Positions 1 to 13,575 are shown, numbered from the whole stretch's first letter. The stretch is 63,872 nucleotides of DNA, filler included, from Sphacelaria rigidula (GCA_964200075.2; 11 parts of 11 records of this genome joined end to end with filler, not necessarily neighbours in it); one strand, 5' to 3'. Translations and numbers: made by a program. The notes: generated by a model not told the origin, from the letters alone.

Positions 1-69
1 TTTTTTTTTCTGCTCCTTTTTTTTTTTCTTTTATCGTTTTTTTTTTTCTTTTTTTTTTTTTACTTCTAC

Positions 70-141
70 AATGAGACCACGGCTGGACCCCTGGGGGGTC
101 ACTTAAAGTGCGACAATCAATCAATCGATCAATCAATCAAC
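70..141 (+). mobile_element. 3' end of a dispersed retroposon (SINE/LINE tail) ending in (AATC)n; other copies on the - strand at about 5251-5330, 10830-10890 and 62790-62860
   Basis: The motif cacggctggacccc..gtcact..gtgcgacaatcaatcaat, or its reverse complement gattgattgtcgc.c...ccagc.g.ggt, recurs in three contigs (4 copies). Confidence 0.65.
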
Positions 142-3100
142 CGCACGCTAAAGTATAGCACGTTCTGACCATCGGCCATGAGTTGTATGCTAGTTTCTTC
201 AGTCTCGACTGGCCCGGAAAAGTTTGATTGTCACGCCATCAGAAGTTGTTCGGTTGAAACCGAAGCGTCCATACCGTTGGGTTAAGTGGATACTTCGGAG
301 GTACAGGCGTTGAAAGTACAGAGTGTCTCCGTCGACGGGAGGTGATGTATGATCTCTGACCTAGGGTGGCATATGGGCGATTTTGAGTATCGTCGTGCTA
401 TGCAACGCAGATATGGCAGAACGCGGAACTGCTCGCGGAGAACAACCACCCGAGACCACGCTGGAGTGTGACGTTCGAAATGTGCAGAGCACGATCATTC
501 TCCTCACTCAACATGCAGCAGCACCGCTGATCGTCCGTTCCTCCGCCACCAGCTTTGACCCCTACTTGACCTTCAGCTGGTCCGCGTCAGCACACCTTGC
601 GGGGATTCTAGGCCGTTCTGTGGATCTATGCTAACTCTCAATGGGCTCGCTGCGGCCTCTCTACCTCCGCCAGGAAATGGTTGCCGTCGTGTGCCCCGCT
701 CATGTCAACACGCCAAGACACGGCAATTTCATCTACACGTGGAGCGGGAAACTGGAGTTCGCCCTGTTACAGCAGGATGTTGCGTTCGTCAAAAATCCTA
801 TCGTTTTTCCAGCGCTGGAGGTCAACGTGGCTTCAAAACTGTGTTGCTGCAAGGGATCCGCTTGAAATCTTTCCATTTTTTTTGCCCACATGGGATCTGT
901 CGGGTGGGCAGGATCTTGCTCGCCGGTAAAACAAGATCATCACCGGGACTGCCATCCTTCGTTGCTTACGGCATCGACTCTTCACCCGTCCGTTTGCTTC
1001 ACGTAGAGCAGGTCTGGAGCTCTCTCCCATGACGAGGCAAAGCCACAGCAACACATCACAACACGTTTGGATTTCGACCCCGACGCCTTGCTCCCCACCG
1101 CCACAACATGACAAAACGCACAAAACTACTCACGGAGAAAGCGAAAAAGGCTCACCGACCGCGAGAAGCGGAGGGCGCCGCAGGGCCGGCTTGTCAATCT
1201 TGAGCACTGTCACTGCTCCACTCGTGAGCAAAGCTCTGTGCTTTCACTTGACACTTCACGCTGACGGGTGGGAACACGCGAAGGGGAACACTACAAAAGT
1301 AGTGTCCTCGTGTGTATCTGCACAACCGTCTGTAGGGGGTTTGGATAGCCTTGGCCGTGTTGAGTGGGATATTCAAGATTCAACCGAAATCTTTGTGGGT
1401 AATTCCTTCAGCCTATTTCCCCTCAATTTCGCGCCAGCACAAGAACGGTGGCAGCTCTTCAGCTCCAACTGTTGGTTACAAGCACACAGGGCTGGCCTGG
1501 TCCCTTATAATAGGACAAGCACCACTATTTGCGGTATGACAAAGTGCATGTAATTTTGCTTCGGGAGCGTAGATTGGACTTTCCCGGCTATGTATGCGAC
1601 GGCGACGAACTGAAGCATCAGTATCTAAGGCCAGTAAGGGTTTGCATGCTCTCGTGCAGCTTTAGCCAGCTACCTTGATCTACAGTTACTACATCGCCTG
1701 CATGTTAAGCGCTGACCGGTAGAGATAAGTGCTGTCTCGCCCCGCCGCTAAGTATCCAACAGGATAGGCCACTGTCCATGATGCGATCAGATGGCCGATA
1801 TTACATGCATGGGTCGGAGGTATGGGATCTATGCGTTTGTGACCATGAGGCCCAAGAAGCGAGGACTAAGATGACGATGAAAGCAAACATGCGGAAAGTT
1901 CAACCATTGTAGTGCCCTGGACCAACTGGTTGATCAAGCAGTCTCGCCGATTCTTGGAGGATGGAAATAGTGTAGACAATAATGGCCGCTACTGGCTGAA
2001 GCTGGGGGCTCGACCGCTTATATCTTCCTCGACAGTTTTGACCAATGGGGTTGAAAGCATGGTTGAGATAGAGAGAGTTGGGGGGAAGGGGGTCTTACAC
2101 CTTATCTACCGAATGCTCAGCAGCAAACAGCCCCTGGTCGAAGTAGGGGAATCTGGTAAGTACAAGCTCACCGCTACGGTACTGTCGAAGCAACAAACAG
2201 TTGAGTGTTGGGGCACATGCATGGACTACTGATCTTAGTGTGCGATCACGGCTACTGCAGTGTGTTGTTCACGCAACGGCGCTGGCTTCAGCCTCCATTG
2301 TGCACCAACGGCTGCACTGTACTGACTGTACTGTTGTGCGCGGCATGTGGTTGCCAATGTCCTATGTAGGCACTGTCGCTCAGCTATTTCGAAACCCGAC
2401 TAATAAAAAGAGAAGGAAAAAGTCAGTTGGCGTTGGGGGCTCAAGCGGTTGACCCCTGGGGCACCAGAACTCATTTCGGAATATTTCCAGCTGACCTACG
2501 TTGCTAGAAAACGCGACGCTACAGCTGAGCAGCTCCTGTCCATTGTAAACACCACTCCCGATGACAACACAGCGCATATTCTATGATCCCCGAACCCTGA
2601 TTTATTTACGATATTTAACCAAATACAGGAGATCTTTACCGTCGGGTATTGTCAGTGGTCCACCCACGGCCTCATCTGGAGCACCCGGTAGCTTGAGATT
2701 TATGTTTGATGGTTGTCGAGCTGTACTATACTGAATGTACCCGAACACACCAGTAGTTGTTTCTCGCGTACTTTCAGCGGTTGATCTCGGGGCCATCTGT
2801 ATTATCTGGTGCTTCAGAGAACTTCACCACGAGTGTTACATGATGACGGTGATGTTCCTGGTATGCTGCACGTACTGCGCGAATGAACGATGCTGTAGGC
2901 GAGCTGTAGGTGGCGTGAGCTTGTGTATCATTTGTGATGGCTTCGAAAGCCTGTACTTGTGCATTTATACGCGCTTTGAAATAAATGTACAATCCAGTGC
3001 AGTACAGCAGTACAACACTTGTACACAATTGTGTTCCGCACGGCTATAATACTTCAGGACGGCAGATGCTTGCAAATGATTGTATTATAATAAATCTCTT

Positions 3101-3594
3101 GTGCTGTGCTATTAACTGACTGTTGCGGTATATACGGTAACGAACGTGTTTTCGGGTTTCGTTTACCCGTCGGCAATGCGAAGGCACGGCAAGAGAAACA
3201 CTTGGCCAAGATCCACGAGGTCAAGCGTGTGATCATAAATATACATCCCACCAACAGTTCGCACAGCACCATAAAAGACCATGTTAACCTCGCCCTCTTC
3301 AAACACCACTGCAGTGCGACATGGTGGACACGATCGACGACCGATTCCGGGAGTGCGCACTACCCTCCAATACCTACAAAGCTCATCAAGGACAGGGCGA
3401 CAGGACACACTTCGAATGAGGTTTTTGGTTTTGATGATCGATCACGCACCAACAGAGCACACACCCCACGCGAACAGAGACGATTAAACTCTCACCAAAA
3501 AATAAACAAACACGCAAATCCTGAGATATCGTGTCCCATTCCATAAACATCACACTCGCAAACATATGCACCACAGCAGCGTGCCTAACTGCAC

Positions 3595-4001
3595 CTTCTG
3601 CGACGCTTGTCATGGTCACGTTCCCCCCGCCCTCTCGGGCTTCGGCTGCGCTTCCTGTGCTCCCGGCTGCTCCTGCCCCTTCTCTCCCTCTCCTTCTCTT
3701 GCCCTCCATCATCTTCCTCTTCCCCCTCCCCCTCATCTTCATCCTCGTCACCCCCCTCACCATCTTCTTCCTCTTCCTCTTCCTCCCCGCTGCCTTCTTC
3801 CGAGCTGTCCCCGCTTTCCTCGCCTGAGTCCGACGAGCTTGCCTCCTCTCCCTCACCGTCTCCGTTTGTGGCGGCGGCAGCGCCGTTTTCTGCTTCATCG
3901 TCTCCGTGCTCGTAGTTCGATGGTGGGGATGGGCGTCTGGGCCCCCTGCTTGCCTTGACGCTGGCTAGTTGTTCCTCCAGGAAGGAATCCACGTCCGTCA
4001 T
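3595..4001 (-). CDS. First coding exon of an acidic/RS-domain nuclear protein, RBM39/CAPER-like splicing factor (partial)
   Basis: ATG at 4001 reads MTDVDSFLEEQL..., followed by a long E/D-rich tract and RERRGRSSREHRKRSRSPRGRGERDHDKRRR, ending at donor AG|GTGCAG. The N-terminus resembles RBM39. No RRM exons are visible in this contig. Confidence 0.65.
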
Positions 4002-4565
4002 GATGGTGAGTGATGTTGGTGGTGTCGGTGTCTGCACGTGCCGCCTGAGCTTTGCGCTCTCTCCAAGACAATGCCCGTGCTGCGTGCGTGAGCAGTTTGA
4101 GGGATCACGCAACAATGATATGGTGTATCGTTGATGGGTGTTTGCTGTCCAAAAGGCTTATCCAAAAGTGCGAGTTTTTGAAACGCCCACACGGGAACCC
4201 CGAAGGACAGGTGTGGACGTGTGCTGCTTGCCCAGACAGAAAGAGATTGAAGTGACACACAGGTTTATGATCCAATCCCACACAACACTTTAAACGGTTG
4301 GCGTTGTCTACCAGTGATCACGACGAGCACCTATAAATCTTCTCTGGAATTGAACACGACACCCAGGCCTGAAACTGTTGTCTGCCTGCCTGACTCTCTC
4401 GGGTGCTATATGTACCCCCACTTCACCCTGTACCACCACCTCTTAAAAACAGCCTACCCTTTGTTTAAAAAAGCCAGTCACAAAAATGTTCCGTCACCGA
4501 CCACTACACCAACAGTACAGCAGAGCCTTCGCCTGAACAAGCTATGGGGCAACAGTGTTGAGAAA

Positions 4566-4754
4566 ATGGTTCGACAACAAGCAAAAATAAGACGACGGCA
4601 GTTCCTTCTGCTCGAGCTAAGAACATGGGTATCCGTGCTTTGCCTAGCAGTGCAAGTGCGAGCGACGGTGCTGGTGTACGGCGAGAACGACTTGCTGAGG
4701 CGTTTTTCGGATGTTCCTTCTGATGAAAGGCTTGGCCCCAGAATACCCAAGGAG
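4566..4754 (+). CDS. First coding exon of a signal-peptide + PA-domain protein (RNF13/RNF167/RMR-like PA-TM-RING ligase or receptor, partial)
   Basis: MVRQQAKIRRRQFLLLELRTWVSVLCLAVQVRA (signal-like), then TVLVYGENDLLRRFSDVPSDERLGPRIPKE|gtgtgt. This matches the F.D.PA.FG..IP.EG motif that precedes PA domains. The exon is 189 nt, phase 0. Confidence 0.55.
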
Positions 4755-5716
4755 GTGTGTACACATCATGAGGCAGTGTGTCCCGCATTTGCTGTCACAA
4801 AGCATTGCGAAAAATGGGATTGCTAGTCAGTCGCGGCCTGCTTGCCCTGTAGTGAGGACAAGATGAAACCTGCCATACACTCATCATCCTATCAGTTCTA
4901 AAGGTGGTGGAAAGTGCACCCATCTATGTTGGGTATTGGGTATCATGGGTGTGATGCGAGAGAACGATGCTCTGCAAAAAGCGCTGAACATGTTCGGTGG
5001 GAAGTGTTCTCCTCCCATGTGCTTGAGCAGTAGCATCAGCTAGAATAGCTGACGGAATAACTACTGTTATGGTACAGAGCAGACACTACGGACAGTACAG
5101 CCAAGGCAGTGCACCGCAATGCCTGTCACGCAGCAGGGTGTCGAACTCGAAGGAACCAGGGCACATAATGTATTCATCAAGTTTGCTAGAAGTTGAAATC
5201 GTATAAACTTGAAATTTGAACTTCCGCCTGAAGACATGTTCAACCGAGCTGGTTGATCGGCCGATTGATCTATTTATTGATTGTCGCACACCGAGTGATC
5301 CCCGACGCACCCAGCGGCGGTTACTAGATGGAAGTATCCAGCATGAAACGGAAACGCCCGCTAAAAAAGGAAAGTGGGGAAAACGAGAACATGTCACAAA
5401 CAAACAGGGTAAAGCTTGAAAAAAAACTGCAGTAGACGAGACAGGCCTCTGCAGCATGTATTTAGTACCTCGTACGGCTGTGAACTGAACCAGTTGGTAC
5501 TCCTGTCGTCGTTTGAACCTGAACTGGAGTTGAACTGGAACTGGTGACGAGGGCGCCAGTTGTCCACCTTGTTTGAAGCTTGCGATCACCGGCTACATTT
5601 TATTTCTATTATAGTATAAGGTACATCGAATTCTGTTTTGACTGAACTGCCCCCCCCTCTCGTCCGTACGAGCAGGGCCAGCCTAAAAGCGGATTTAAGC
5701 TCTAAAAGCAATATCT

Positions 5717-5816
5717 NNNNNNNNNNNNNNNNNNNNNNNNNNNNNNNNNNNNNNNNNNNNTTAATTAATTAANNNNNNNNNNNNNNNNNNNNNNNNNNNN
5801 NNNNNNNNNNNNNNNN
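5717..5816. other. Artificial contig spacer (N44-TTAATTAATTAA-N44); identical copies at 11533-11632, 17349-17448, 23165-23264, 28981-29080, 34797-34896, 40613-40712, 46428-46527, 52243-52342, 58058-58157
   Basis: Identical 100-bp linker with stops in all six frames. The intervening segments are exactly 5716 bp (x7) then 5715 bp (x4), consistent with length-sorted concatenation. Confidence 0.99.
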
Positions 5817-6289
5817 GGGTGTGGCCCTGTGTGTGCGGGTGGGGAGTGTGTTGTGTGTGGGGGGAGGTGGGAGGGGGCGGGGGGGGGGGGGTGGGGGGCG
5901 GGGGGGAAGGGTAGGGTGCGAAGGTAATCTAACATGCACGCCTCCTCTGCCGGAATTTTGTGTCATATTCAGCCAGTTGTGGCTATAGAGTTTGCGGTTG
6001 TGTCGCGATAGACATTCTAAGATCATGATACTACCGCGTCAGCCTCAACGAGTCGACGTTCCGATGGTGTCGCGGTTTTTTCAATCTGCTCAGCTCTCGC
6101 TCCCCCCCCTGCTCCGTCTCGAAAGGGAGGCGTGGTCAAGTCGAACGACCAAGGCAATCAACACATGAGTACCCCCCACCCCACCCCTCCCTCATCCCTC
6201 ACCCCTCCTCTTGCCTCTTCTCATTTTCCCTCCCTCACTACCTTGCTTCGCACGCACGTATCCTCAATGCACCTCACAACCATAAATAG

Positions 6290-6550
6290 ATGTATGTCCG
6301 TCGGGGAATTCGAAATCGAGGAAGGAACTCGCGGGCTACGCTACGCTAGAGTAGCACCGTTCGAAGACGACGAAGAGGGGGAAGTAGCAGCCGCTGCGGC
6401 GGCGGCAGGGGCGGCGGGAGCGGAGGGTGGAGCGGCCGCCGGGGACGGAGATGTAGCTGGCGCCAGGACCGGGACAGTCCGGACGGCGGACGATGTTCTG
6501 GGCTCGGAGTTGCGAGAGCTCGCGGATCGTACATCGGCGTTCATATCAAC
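6290..6550 (+). CDS. Penultimate exon of a LON substrate-binding (Lon N-terminal/PUA-like) domain protein, LONRF-like
   Basis: Acceptor ...aaatag|, peptide CMSVGEFEIEEGTRGLRYARVAPFED...LRELADRTSAFIS, donor AC|GTGAGT (phase 2), phase-compatible with the exon at 7870. Confidence 0.7.
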
Positions 6551-7869
6551 GTGAGTGTTGCGGTTGCTTGCTTGGGTTGTTCTTGTTCACGTCAGCACAG
6601 GGCAGGGCTATAGGACCGTAGCGGCGGTCTCACGTCTCTCTTTGATATGAGTTTCCGCCACCGTGAGATGGAGTAGTCCGCTCAGTGACGGAGAATCTTA
6701 ACGCCAATCCTCGTTGAATCAAATTCTGAGATCATACGCCGCCTCTGGAAGTTGTGTCGTTCGAAGAAGCCGTCGTCCGTGATCTTTCGATAAACGGGAC
6801 ACTTATGGAAAGATCGCAGGGTATTTTGCTTTTCGAGATATGATGACCTTGAACCCTGCGTAAACCTAGGATGTTAAAAATTCTCATCAATATGCGGTAG
6901 GGCCGGTTCGCCTGTACGAGCTGGACCAGCCAAGAACAGGCGTGAATCTCGCTCAGGCGACGCACGGCGCGATATTAGGAGTTGGACCCTGAAATTTTGA
7001 CAGCAGCTTTTCATGATCGAAATGCAAAAGATCACGGGTCCAGCAAATGAAAAAAAAAAATTATGGGCATTCGAAATTTCAGCAAAAACAAGATGATGCC
7101 GTAAGTCCAGGGGAAAAAGCAGAATCTGCAGCTGGACTCATGAAGTATCAGTTCCTCGGGGGCAGAAGGTTTTCATGAAATTTTAGCTCTAGACTCGTCG
7201 AATTGGGCCGTGCGTTCGACATTTTCCGTGACGCTGCTGCACCCCTATAAATCAAGTGATGTGAGACTCCAATTATGGAGGTCATGAATTCGAATCCCGA
7301 CAGATTCTCTTTTTTTTTTCGTCCGTCGTTGAGGTTATACATTATGCAGTACATTTTTCCCTTTTTTTTTTATTCAGCGGTGGTGCTGTGTGTCACCAGG
7401 TTGGTCTACATTTCACAGTGATATCCTTACATCGGGTTCACTCGGGAAACTGTGGAAGCTGTGGCGTGAGCAAGTTTAGCCGCTTTCAAGCTAGCCCAGC
7501 TCGTAGCTATCCCGCAGCTACGATTTCGTTTGATGTGATCCGCTAACGTGTCCTTGACGAGGGCGGCAACTTATACCCCCGGACCTTGCAGCTTTTTGCC
7601 GATCTCGAGGAGAGCTCGAGCATTATTGATCTTGTTGAGCTGTGTTGGCATTGCTCGGGCGGTGACGTAAGTAGGCCGTTTGTATCACGTTAATAAAAAA
7701 ACACCCTCTCCTCTCTGTAGGCGAGCGAGGATGTGCAGGGTTACGCCCATGGCTACGATGTCGGATCTCACTGAGGACGAAACTCTGAGCTCTCGTTGAC
7801 CTCCTCCGTCTCCCCCACACCCCTGCGCCCCTCGCCCTCCTCATCACCACCAAAACGAAAATCCTACAG

Positions 7870-8353
7870 CTGCATATCACAACTGTCGACAAGACAGCGC
7901 ACGGATCTGATTCGCCGGTGCGGTGAACCACCGAAGGTGGGCAACTCGTCCCTCTCGTCCTACCGCAAGCTCAGCTTCTGGCTCCCTTCCGCCCTTTCTC
8001 TGGGCACCCCCGCCACCTCTGTCGCTGCCGCCGCGGCCAACACTGCCGCCGCCGCGCACGATCGCCGCGCAGCAATGTTTCGCAGTCGATCTCTCAGGCA
8101 ACGCCTCTCCGAGGCGTGCGAGGCGGTGATGGCCAGCGATGCGGTGGTCGGGTCGACGAGCCGGCGCCGGGAGCGCGGTGTAAGGAGGTTGTTTTGTCCT
8201 CCGGGTAACGGGACTGGTGGGGCAGGTGGAGGCGCGGGTGTTGGCGGAGGAGGAAGACCGCCCATTCTGCTTAGTTCGGCTGTAAACTCTGTGTTTCTGG
8301 TGGTTGGGATCCTGGCCGCGCTGTATGTTTATCAGAAGTACTCTCGCGGCTGA
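7870..8353 (+). CDS. Last exon of the LON substrate-binding domain protein, ending in a C-terminal transmembrane segment
   Basis: Acceptor cctacag|. RRCGEPP...LSFWLPSALSL...RRAAMFRSRSLRQRL matches the G.PP...LSFW.A..L....R..LL.....ERL end of the Lon-N domain. It ends VNSVFLVVGILAALYVYQKYSRG*. Confidence 0.7.
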
Positions 8354-11300
8354 TGTTGATGATGGAGCGGAGGTGGAGCGCTTGAGAGAGGTCTGTTGCA
8401 GAAGTGGATTGGTTCTTGATGGTCTTGACATGGAATCGAGAAGAAGGGGGAAAGGCGGAGACGAATGATATGGCGTGCGTGCTGTCGTTGGTTGTTGGGA
8501 GGGAAACGTATATTGTGCGTGGTAAATTTGGACCACGGGTGAGCACATCGAGCACTGGCAGTGTGCTTATTCTTTCTCAAGCCATTGTCTTTGAATATCG
8601 GTTGTGCTCACTCGGGCGGCCGGCGTGTGCTGGTGGTCGACTGTTCAGCAGAGAGATACGGGTGGGTTGCTTTGCACCCCGTAATGATGTCCGCTGCAGG
8701 GTGACGAAGCGTGGTGGATAGCGCAGCGTTAGCGATTCCTTGGGCTGGATTTGCCCCTTTATGTTTTGTTTCTTGTTTTTTTATATACCGTGCCTGGTGC
8801 GGTTGTATAGTGTAACGTACATTCTTACTTGCACGAGCTAATGCACTTTGTACCATAGTCCAGATGACCTCTACATCAACTAGCCCACGATTGGCCGCCG
8901 TCGATGTTGAGTCGCCATGTTAATTGGCCACATTTATGGGTAGTGGATTTGCAACAGCACTGCTGATCCTTCTTGTCTCCGCTCCAGCCCACCTCCTCTT
9001 TTTCCGCCGTGCTGTCGCAGGCTGCAGATGCCTTGAAATCGCCCCCCCCCGCCCCTTGTGTGATGGTAAGCTAGAGAAAGCTCATATGTCGCAGTGAGGA
9101 GGAAGGCTCCATCGTTCATCGTGTTACCAAGGGTTGGGATCCGCTTCAGCTGTTCGGCTTTGAATGTTCCACGATATTCTGGTGTTGTACTTGGTGTCGG
9201 CTGATCGTGCGCTGTGTCCAGTCTTCGTTGTTGATGTTTTATCGGTCGGGGGGAGGAGTTGCGTTGCCAGACACGCGATGTCGAGAGCCGAACGATTGAC
9301 GCCTGTAATAACCGTTTAAAAAAGGTGGCGGGGCTTGTGGGACCTGGGCATGAGAAAAAAAGATGATGCCCCGAGACTTAAAACGTGGTTCGTGGCAGCG
9401 TCGGTCGAATTTGTTGGACCTACAGAGTATTCATTGCTGAGTCACCAGCGCCGTGGGGTAATTCCTCCTGTCTGTGCTGTCGACATCACTTTGGTCACGT
9501 TGCTTACTATGTACAACGATTTTTTGTGGTTGCAGGAGTAGGTTGTCGGTATTTTTTCAAGAAGGCATACCTTGTAATAATGAAAGGAACGCAGTACTTT
9601 TATTTTCTCGTTTTGGAGTATTTTGGATCATCACGCTGAGTTCAGGCTCTATTTGTTACCGTTTTTTGACAACTTGTACACGGCCCCAATGGAAGATGAC
9701 TTGCGATCATTGTGGTGTAGTAAATCGGAGTAATGAAACACTGTTGCTCCAAAGAGGATTATTAATCTTCTTCGCTTTGATTGAAGAGATATATTGACGG
9801 TCTGGGTTGCTGGTGCAGACCCATACCTCATTCAAGTGCATGGTTTTGTACGCACGACCGCAAGTGAAGGAGTGCGTGCATAACTGTGCGGGAAAAAATG
9901 TACGTAGAAGTGGTCAAGTCCGTAACTTTCCCCCGACAACATCCATTCCATTTTTTTCTATATGTGCATATGTACGTGCATGACATTCATCCACAAATAT
10001 AATGCTGCCTCAGAGTCTTGATGCATATACCTTGGTGCGCTGGTGTATGGGATGTGCGACACCCGTACATTTGAAATGCCTCCATGTGGTTGGTTGCGGC
10101 CAGCACGATCGCCCGTGTCTGTGTCGACGTCACTTGTTGTAAACGTGCGCATCTACTGCACAGCCCAGATATTCCAGCCCAATCTACGTGCTGCCGTCGT
10201 CCAATCCGTTCAAATGAGAAATATTTCAGTTGAGGTGTTCGTACGAAACAACCGAGTGATGCCACGGTAGGGGTGCACAAATATTTTCTGTTGAAATTGC
10301 TAGAAACCCTTCATCTCACTCAAAACACGACTTATGAAAATATGTTGGAGTACGCCAGGATCACTATCCCAACTTGCTGGGGATATCCCGAATGACTGTG
10401 CAAACCGGGACGCCCTGACCCATATTCTTGTGCGTCTATAATTGCTAGGAGCCCCTGAACCAGACAAGATTTCGCGCATTGCTCAACCAGCTAGATTCAG
10501 TGTCGGGCATTCGATTGAGTGTGGACATTTCGGCTCATTTTCACTTGACGAAGTGAACATACATGGTGTCGATTCCACAATCATTCAGCGCCGGAGGTGT
10601 CCATCTGTGAAATTGCCAACATGTGCGCTTGAAAAGTTATACTGCGTGACCCAAATGATCATGGGTCATATTACCGCTTGGTGGATTCAAGAAATTTCTC
10701 GGAAAAAAATGATTTTGAAGTAAGAATAACACTTACCCAAGCCCAACTACGGCATACCGAGAGCTGTCGGGCCAGGGGGTGCAAAGTATACCCTACACGT
10801 GTGCGTTGGTTGACCTCAATTCAGTGCCTTGACTGACTGTTGATTGTCGCACTTGAACTGACTCCCCAGGGATCCAGCCGTGGTCACATGATGACCGACC
10901 GTACTAGAGACGAAACAAAGCTGAAAGATTCGCTGAAGAAGAGAGGGGATAAAACAGAAATAGTAAGGGAAGGGAAAGAAAGAAGACAAGAACAAGAAAT
11001 TATGTATGTAAGTGGCCGGTCTCTGCCAAATGCAATGACCTCATTATTTTGGGTATAAAACCTCATTCGTATTTACCCTGCGGAAGCGAGGCACTAAACT
11101 AATCAGGCACACACCGGCAGGAAAAAACACATAGATGAGAAAGATGGTGGGAAATACGGAGAAAATAGAGAAGGAAACCACAAAAATTGTAAAACCCAAT
11201 GAATATAGAACAACTGAGCAGATACAAACACACAAGTGCCTGCGGCATCGACTTAGACAAGAACGCGTTCTGCGCAGGCTAGGAATACTCGGCTGCCAGC

Positions 11301-12586
11301 CCCACTAAATATCTCAATTCAGTGTCTAGAGGCAAATCAAGTGAGCCAAGTCCAACCCAATACTGCTGGAATCGAGTAATGCTACGGTAGGAGTGCACAA
11401 ATACTTCCTGGGGTCAGAATCGTTAGGAGCACTTCATCTCATCCAAAAGACAACACTTAACAGCCGATCCTAATTTTTGGGGTTGAAACAAAATATGAGG
11501 TTGAAGTCCCATCCCTCCATTGCAGGGAAGATNNNNNNNNNNNNNNNNNNNNNNNNNNNNNNNNNNNNNNNNNNNNTTAATTAATTAANNNNNNNNNNNN
11601 NNNNNNNNNNNNNNNNNNNNNNNNNNNNNNNNATTATTATCATTATTATTATTATTCCCGCACATAGTCCAATTTCGCGAACCCGTGGTCACAGACGTAG
11701 GCTCGCCTTTTCAATACCGTCCTTGCTATTGTGATGAAACTCAGAGGCGTTGCAAGATATACTCAGCGCAGGTCTGCTCGTAGACCCTGGATTCCGTGAC
11801 GCGTTGTTATCGCGTTTGCTACTGTCATAAGTTGGAGTTGTTGAGCCGCGGCTCCAGGCCGCGGCGCCCCATCTAATCAGTTACCGGCTCGCCTTGGTCT
11901 CTACCCTGGGGCATCACTACGCTCTGCTCCTATGGCTGCCCTGCGGCTGTACTGATTAAGAGGGGCTTGTAGATAAAACATGATGCTAAGCAAACACGTG
12001 AGTTCCCTATCACGAGTCTGAACATGAATGAATCTACTTTGTGATAAGACAAGGAAGGATAGCTAGGTCTGTGTGAGTTTGCCCGCGTGGGAGCTTGGTG
12101 GGTTGGCACCATGGTATCTCCTGGCACTCATACTGAGAGATCCCAGCCACTGCATTAGCTACTCCCTCTTATGACACTATTCCTTACCAGACACATGACC
12201 AAAATAAGGAAAACTAAGAAGAGAGACGCCACGAAAACCGGTGAGGAGTAGCTCTCCCGAGATAACGCACATGCAATATATTCCATACAGGACAGGCATG
12301 GTACTGGTGGGATAAAACAGCCGAGAGAATGCAGTGGTGGGAATTGAACTTATGGCTTCGTGCTCGGGAGTGCAACTGGTTGCACATTCAGCTACCTGAC
12401 TTTTTGGTGACAAGGTCAATGTTTGTTCTTCTGATATCCATCAAGCAAAAACCTCCATATCCAAAAGCATGCTCGGTTGAGTGATTTTGGTAGACTGGGG
12501 ACCATGGGGTTTTCAATGTTAGAAAATGAGGCTGTGGAGCCATGCTCTTCAACGCTTCGTATGGTATTGATCTTATATATATGTAG

Positions 12587-13162
12587 TGTTGGGATCGCAG
12601 GTACCGATCACGAAGGTTTGGTCTGATGTGGGGGCGTATAATGTGGGATAGCAGTTGTTATACATGAAGTACTCTTCTCTTTGACCGTGTACCCCGGTGG
12701 GTTGTTTGTATTTGTCTTGCCCAGAGGCGGCACCTTGAACATTATCTTATGTCTACATTCCGAATTAGCCTGTCTGCTTGCTTGGCTTAACTACCATTGC
12801 GTCAACTCTAGCGACCACGACAAAGGGGTTCTGAGTGAATCCTCTGACAGTTTTTTTTAGCCTCGATCGTGTTGGTGCTGACGGAGCGGTGGACCTAGGA
12901 AGGAAGGGCAGCAGCAGCAAAAGGACAGGTCTTTGCTGGAAAACAACGTGAGATGAGTCAAAGTAATACGGCACTGTGTGTGTCTGGCACTGCAACAGTG
13001 CGTTGTGTTACGATTGAGGACGGCACTTACTTTGTGCGCACCTGGCATCATCGCAGTACGGAGTCGCTGCGGTACGAAGTGATAATTTTTTTAAAAGCGG
13101 AATAAGCGCAGGTGAACAGGAGTAGCTCTGCATTGTGACTACTCTCGACTAGCGCTACAGCA
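12587..13162 (+). mobile_element. Probable 5' LTR of a Ty1/Copia element
   Basis: Starts TGTTGGG and ends CAGCA, followed by a PBS-like sequence and the gag leader. The second LTR is not in the contig, so boundaries are inferred. Confidence 0.5.
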
Positions 13163-13177
13163 GGGTATCACAACCTG
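13163..13177 (+). promoter_or_regulatory. Putative primer-binding site (tRNA-iMet-like)
   Basis: gGGTATCAcAaCCTG resembles the canonical TGGTATCAGAGC PBS and lies directly after the CA end of the putative LTR. Confidence 0.4.
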
Positions 13178-13575
13178 AACGGAGTAGGGCGTGTGATCTA
13201 TTCTTTGAGGAGACGACACCAACGTGCGCAGCACCACAGCTGACCTGCGGGGATGGTAACAGTCAGTAGTCGGATCCTTTTTTCGGAAAGAAATCTTTCC
13301 GCGCCTACTACAGACGTGCCCTACCGTGCACAGTGTTTGCAACAACTTGTACGCTGATTTTCTATCGACTCCTGCCCAGCTGATCAAGTTCAACGGCGTA
13401 ACCAGGGCCGCTACCGTGGTGGGGGCCATATCTGGAGTCGACTCATCCGCATTCTTTTTTTTCGCGACCTCCCTCGACAAGTCAAGCGACGGTGACCAAG
13501 GCCGATTGTGTGGTGGTATCGGAACACGTTATACTATACTCGTTACGTTGGAGCAAAACGACGAGGAGGATTATC

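Noticed and set aside
560..1270. Further minus-strand exons of the RBM39-like gene (GTGAG donor near 1155)
   Set aside because: No frame gives RS or RRM-like sequence, so it cannot be supported.
3386..3958. Overlapping ORFs (hydrophobic, Ser-rich, Arg-rich) around the acidic exon
   Set aside because: These are alternative-frame and antisense shadows of a low-complexity GAG/GAA-rich exon.
5761..5772. Regularly spaced TTAATTAATTAA as a biological repeat or piggyBac target site
   Set aside because: It is always embedded in N44 padding at fixed spacing, so it is a synthetic six-frame-stop linker.
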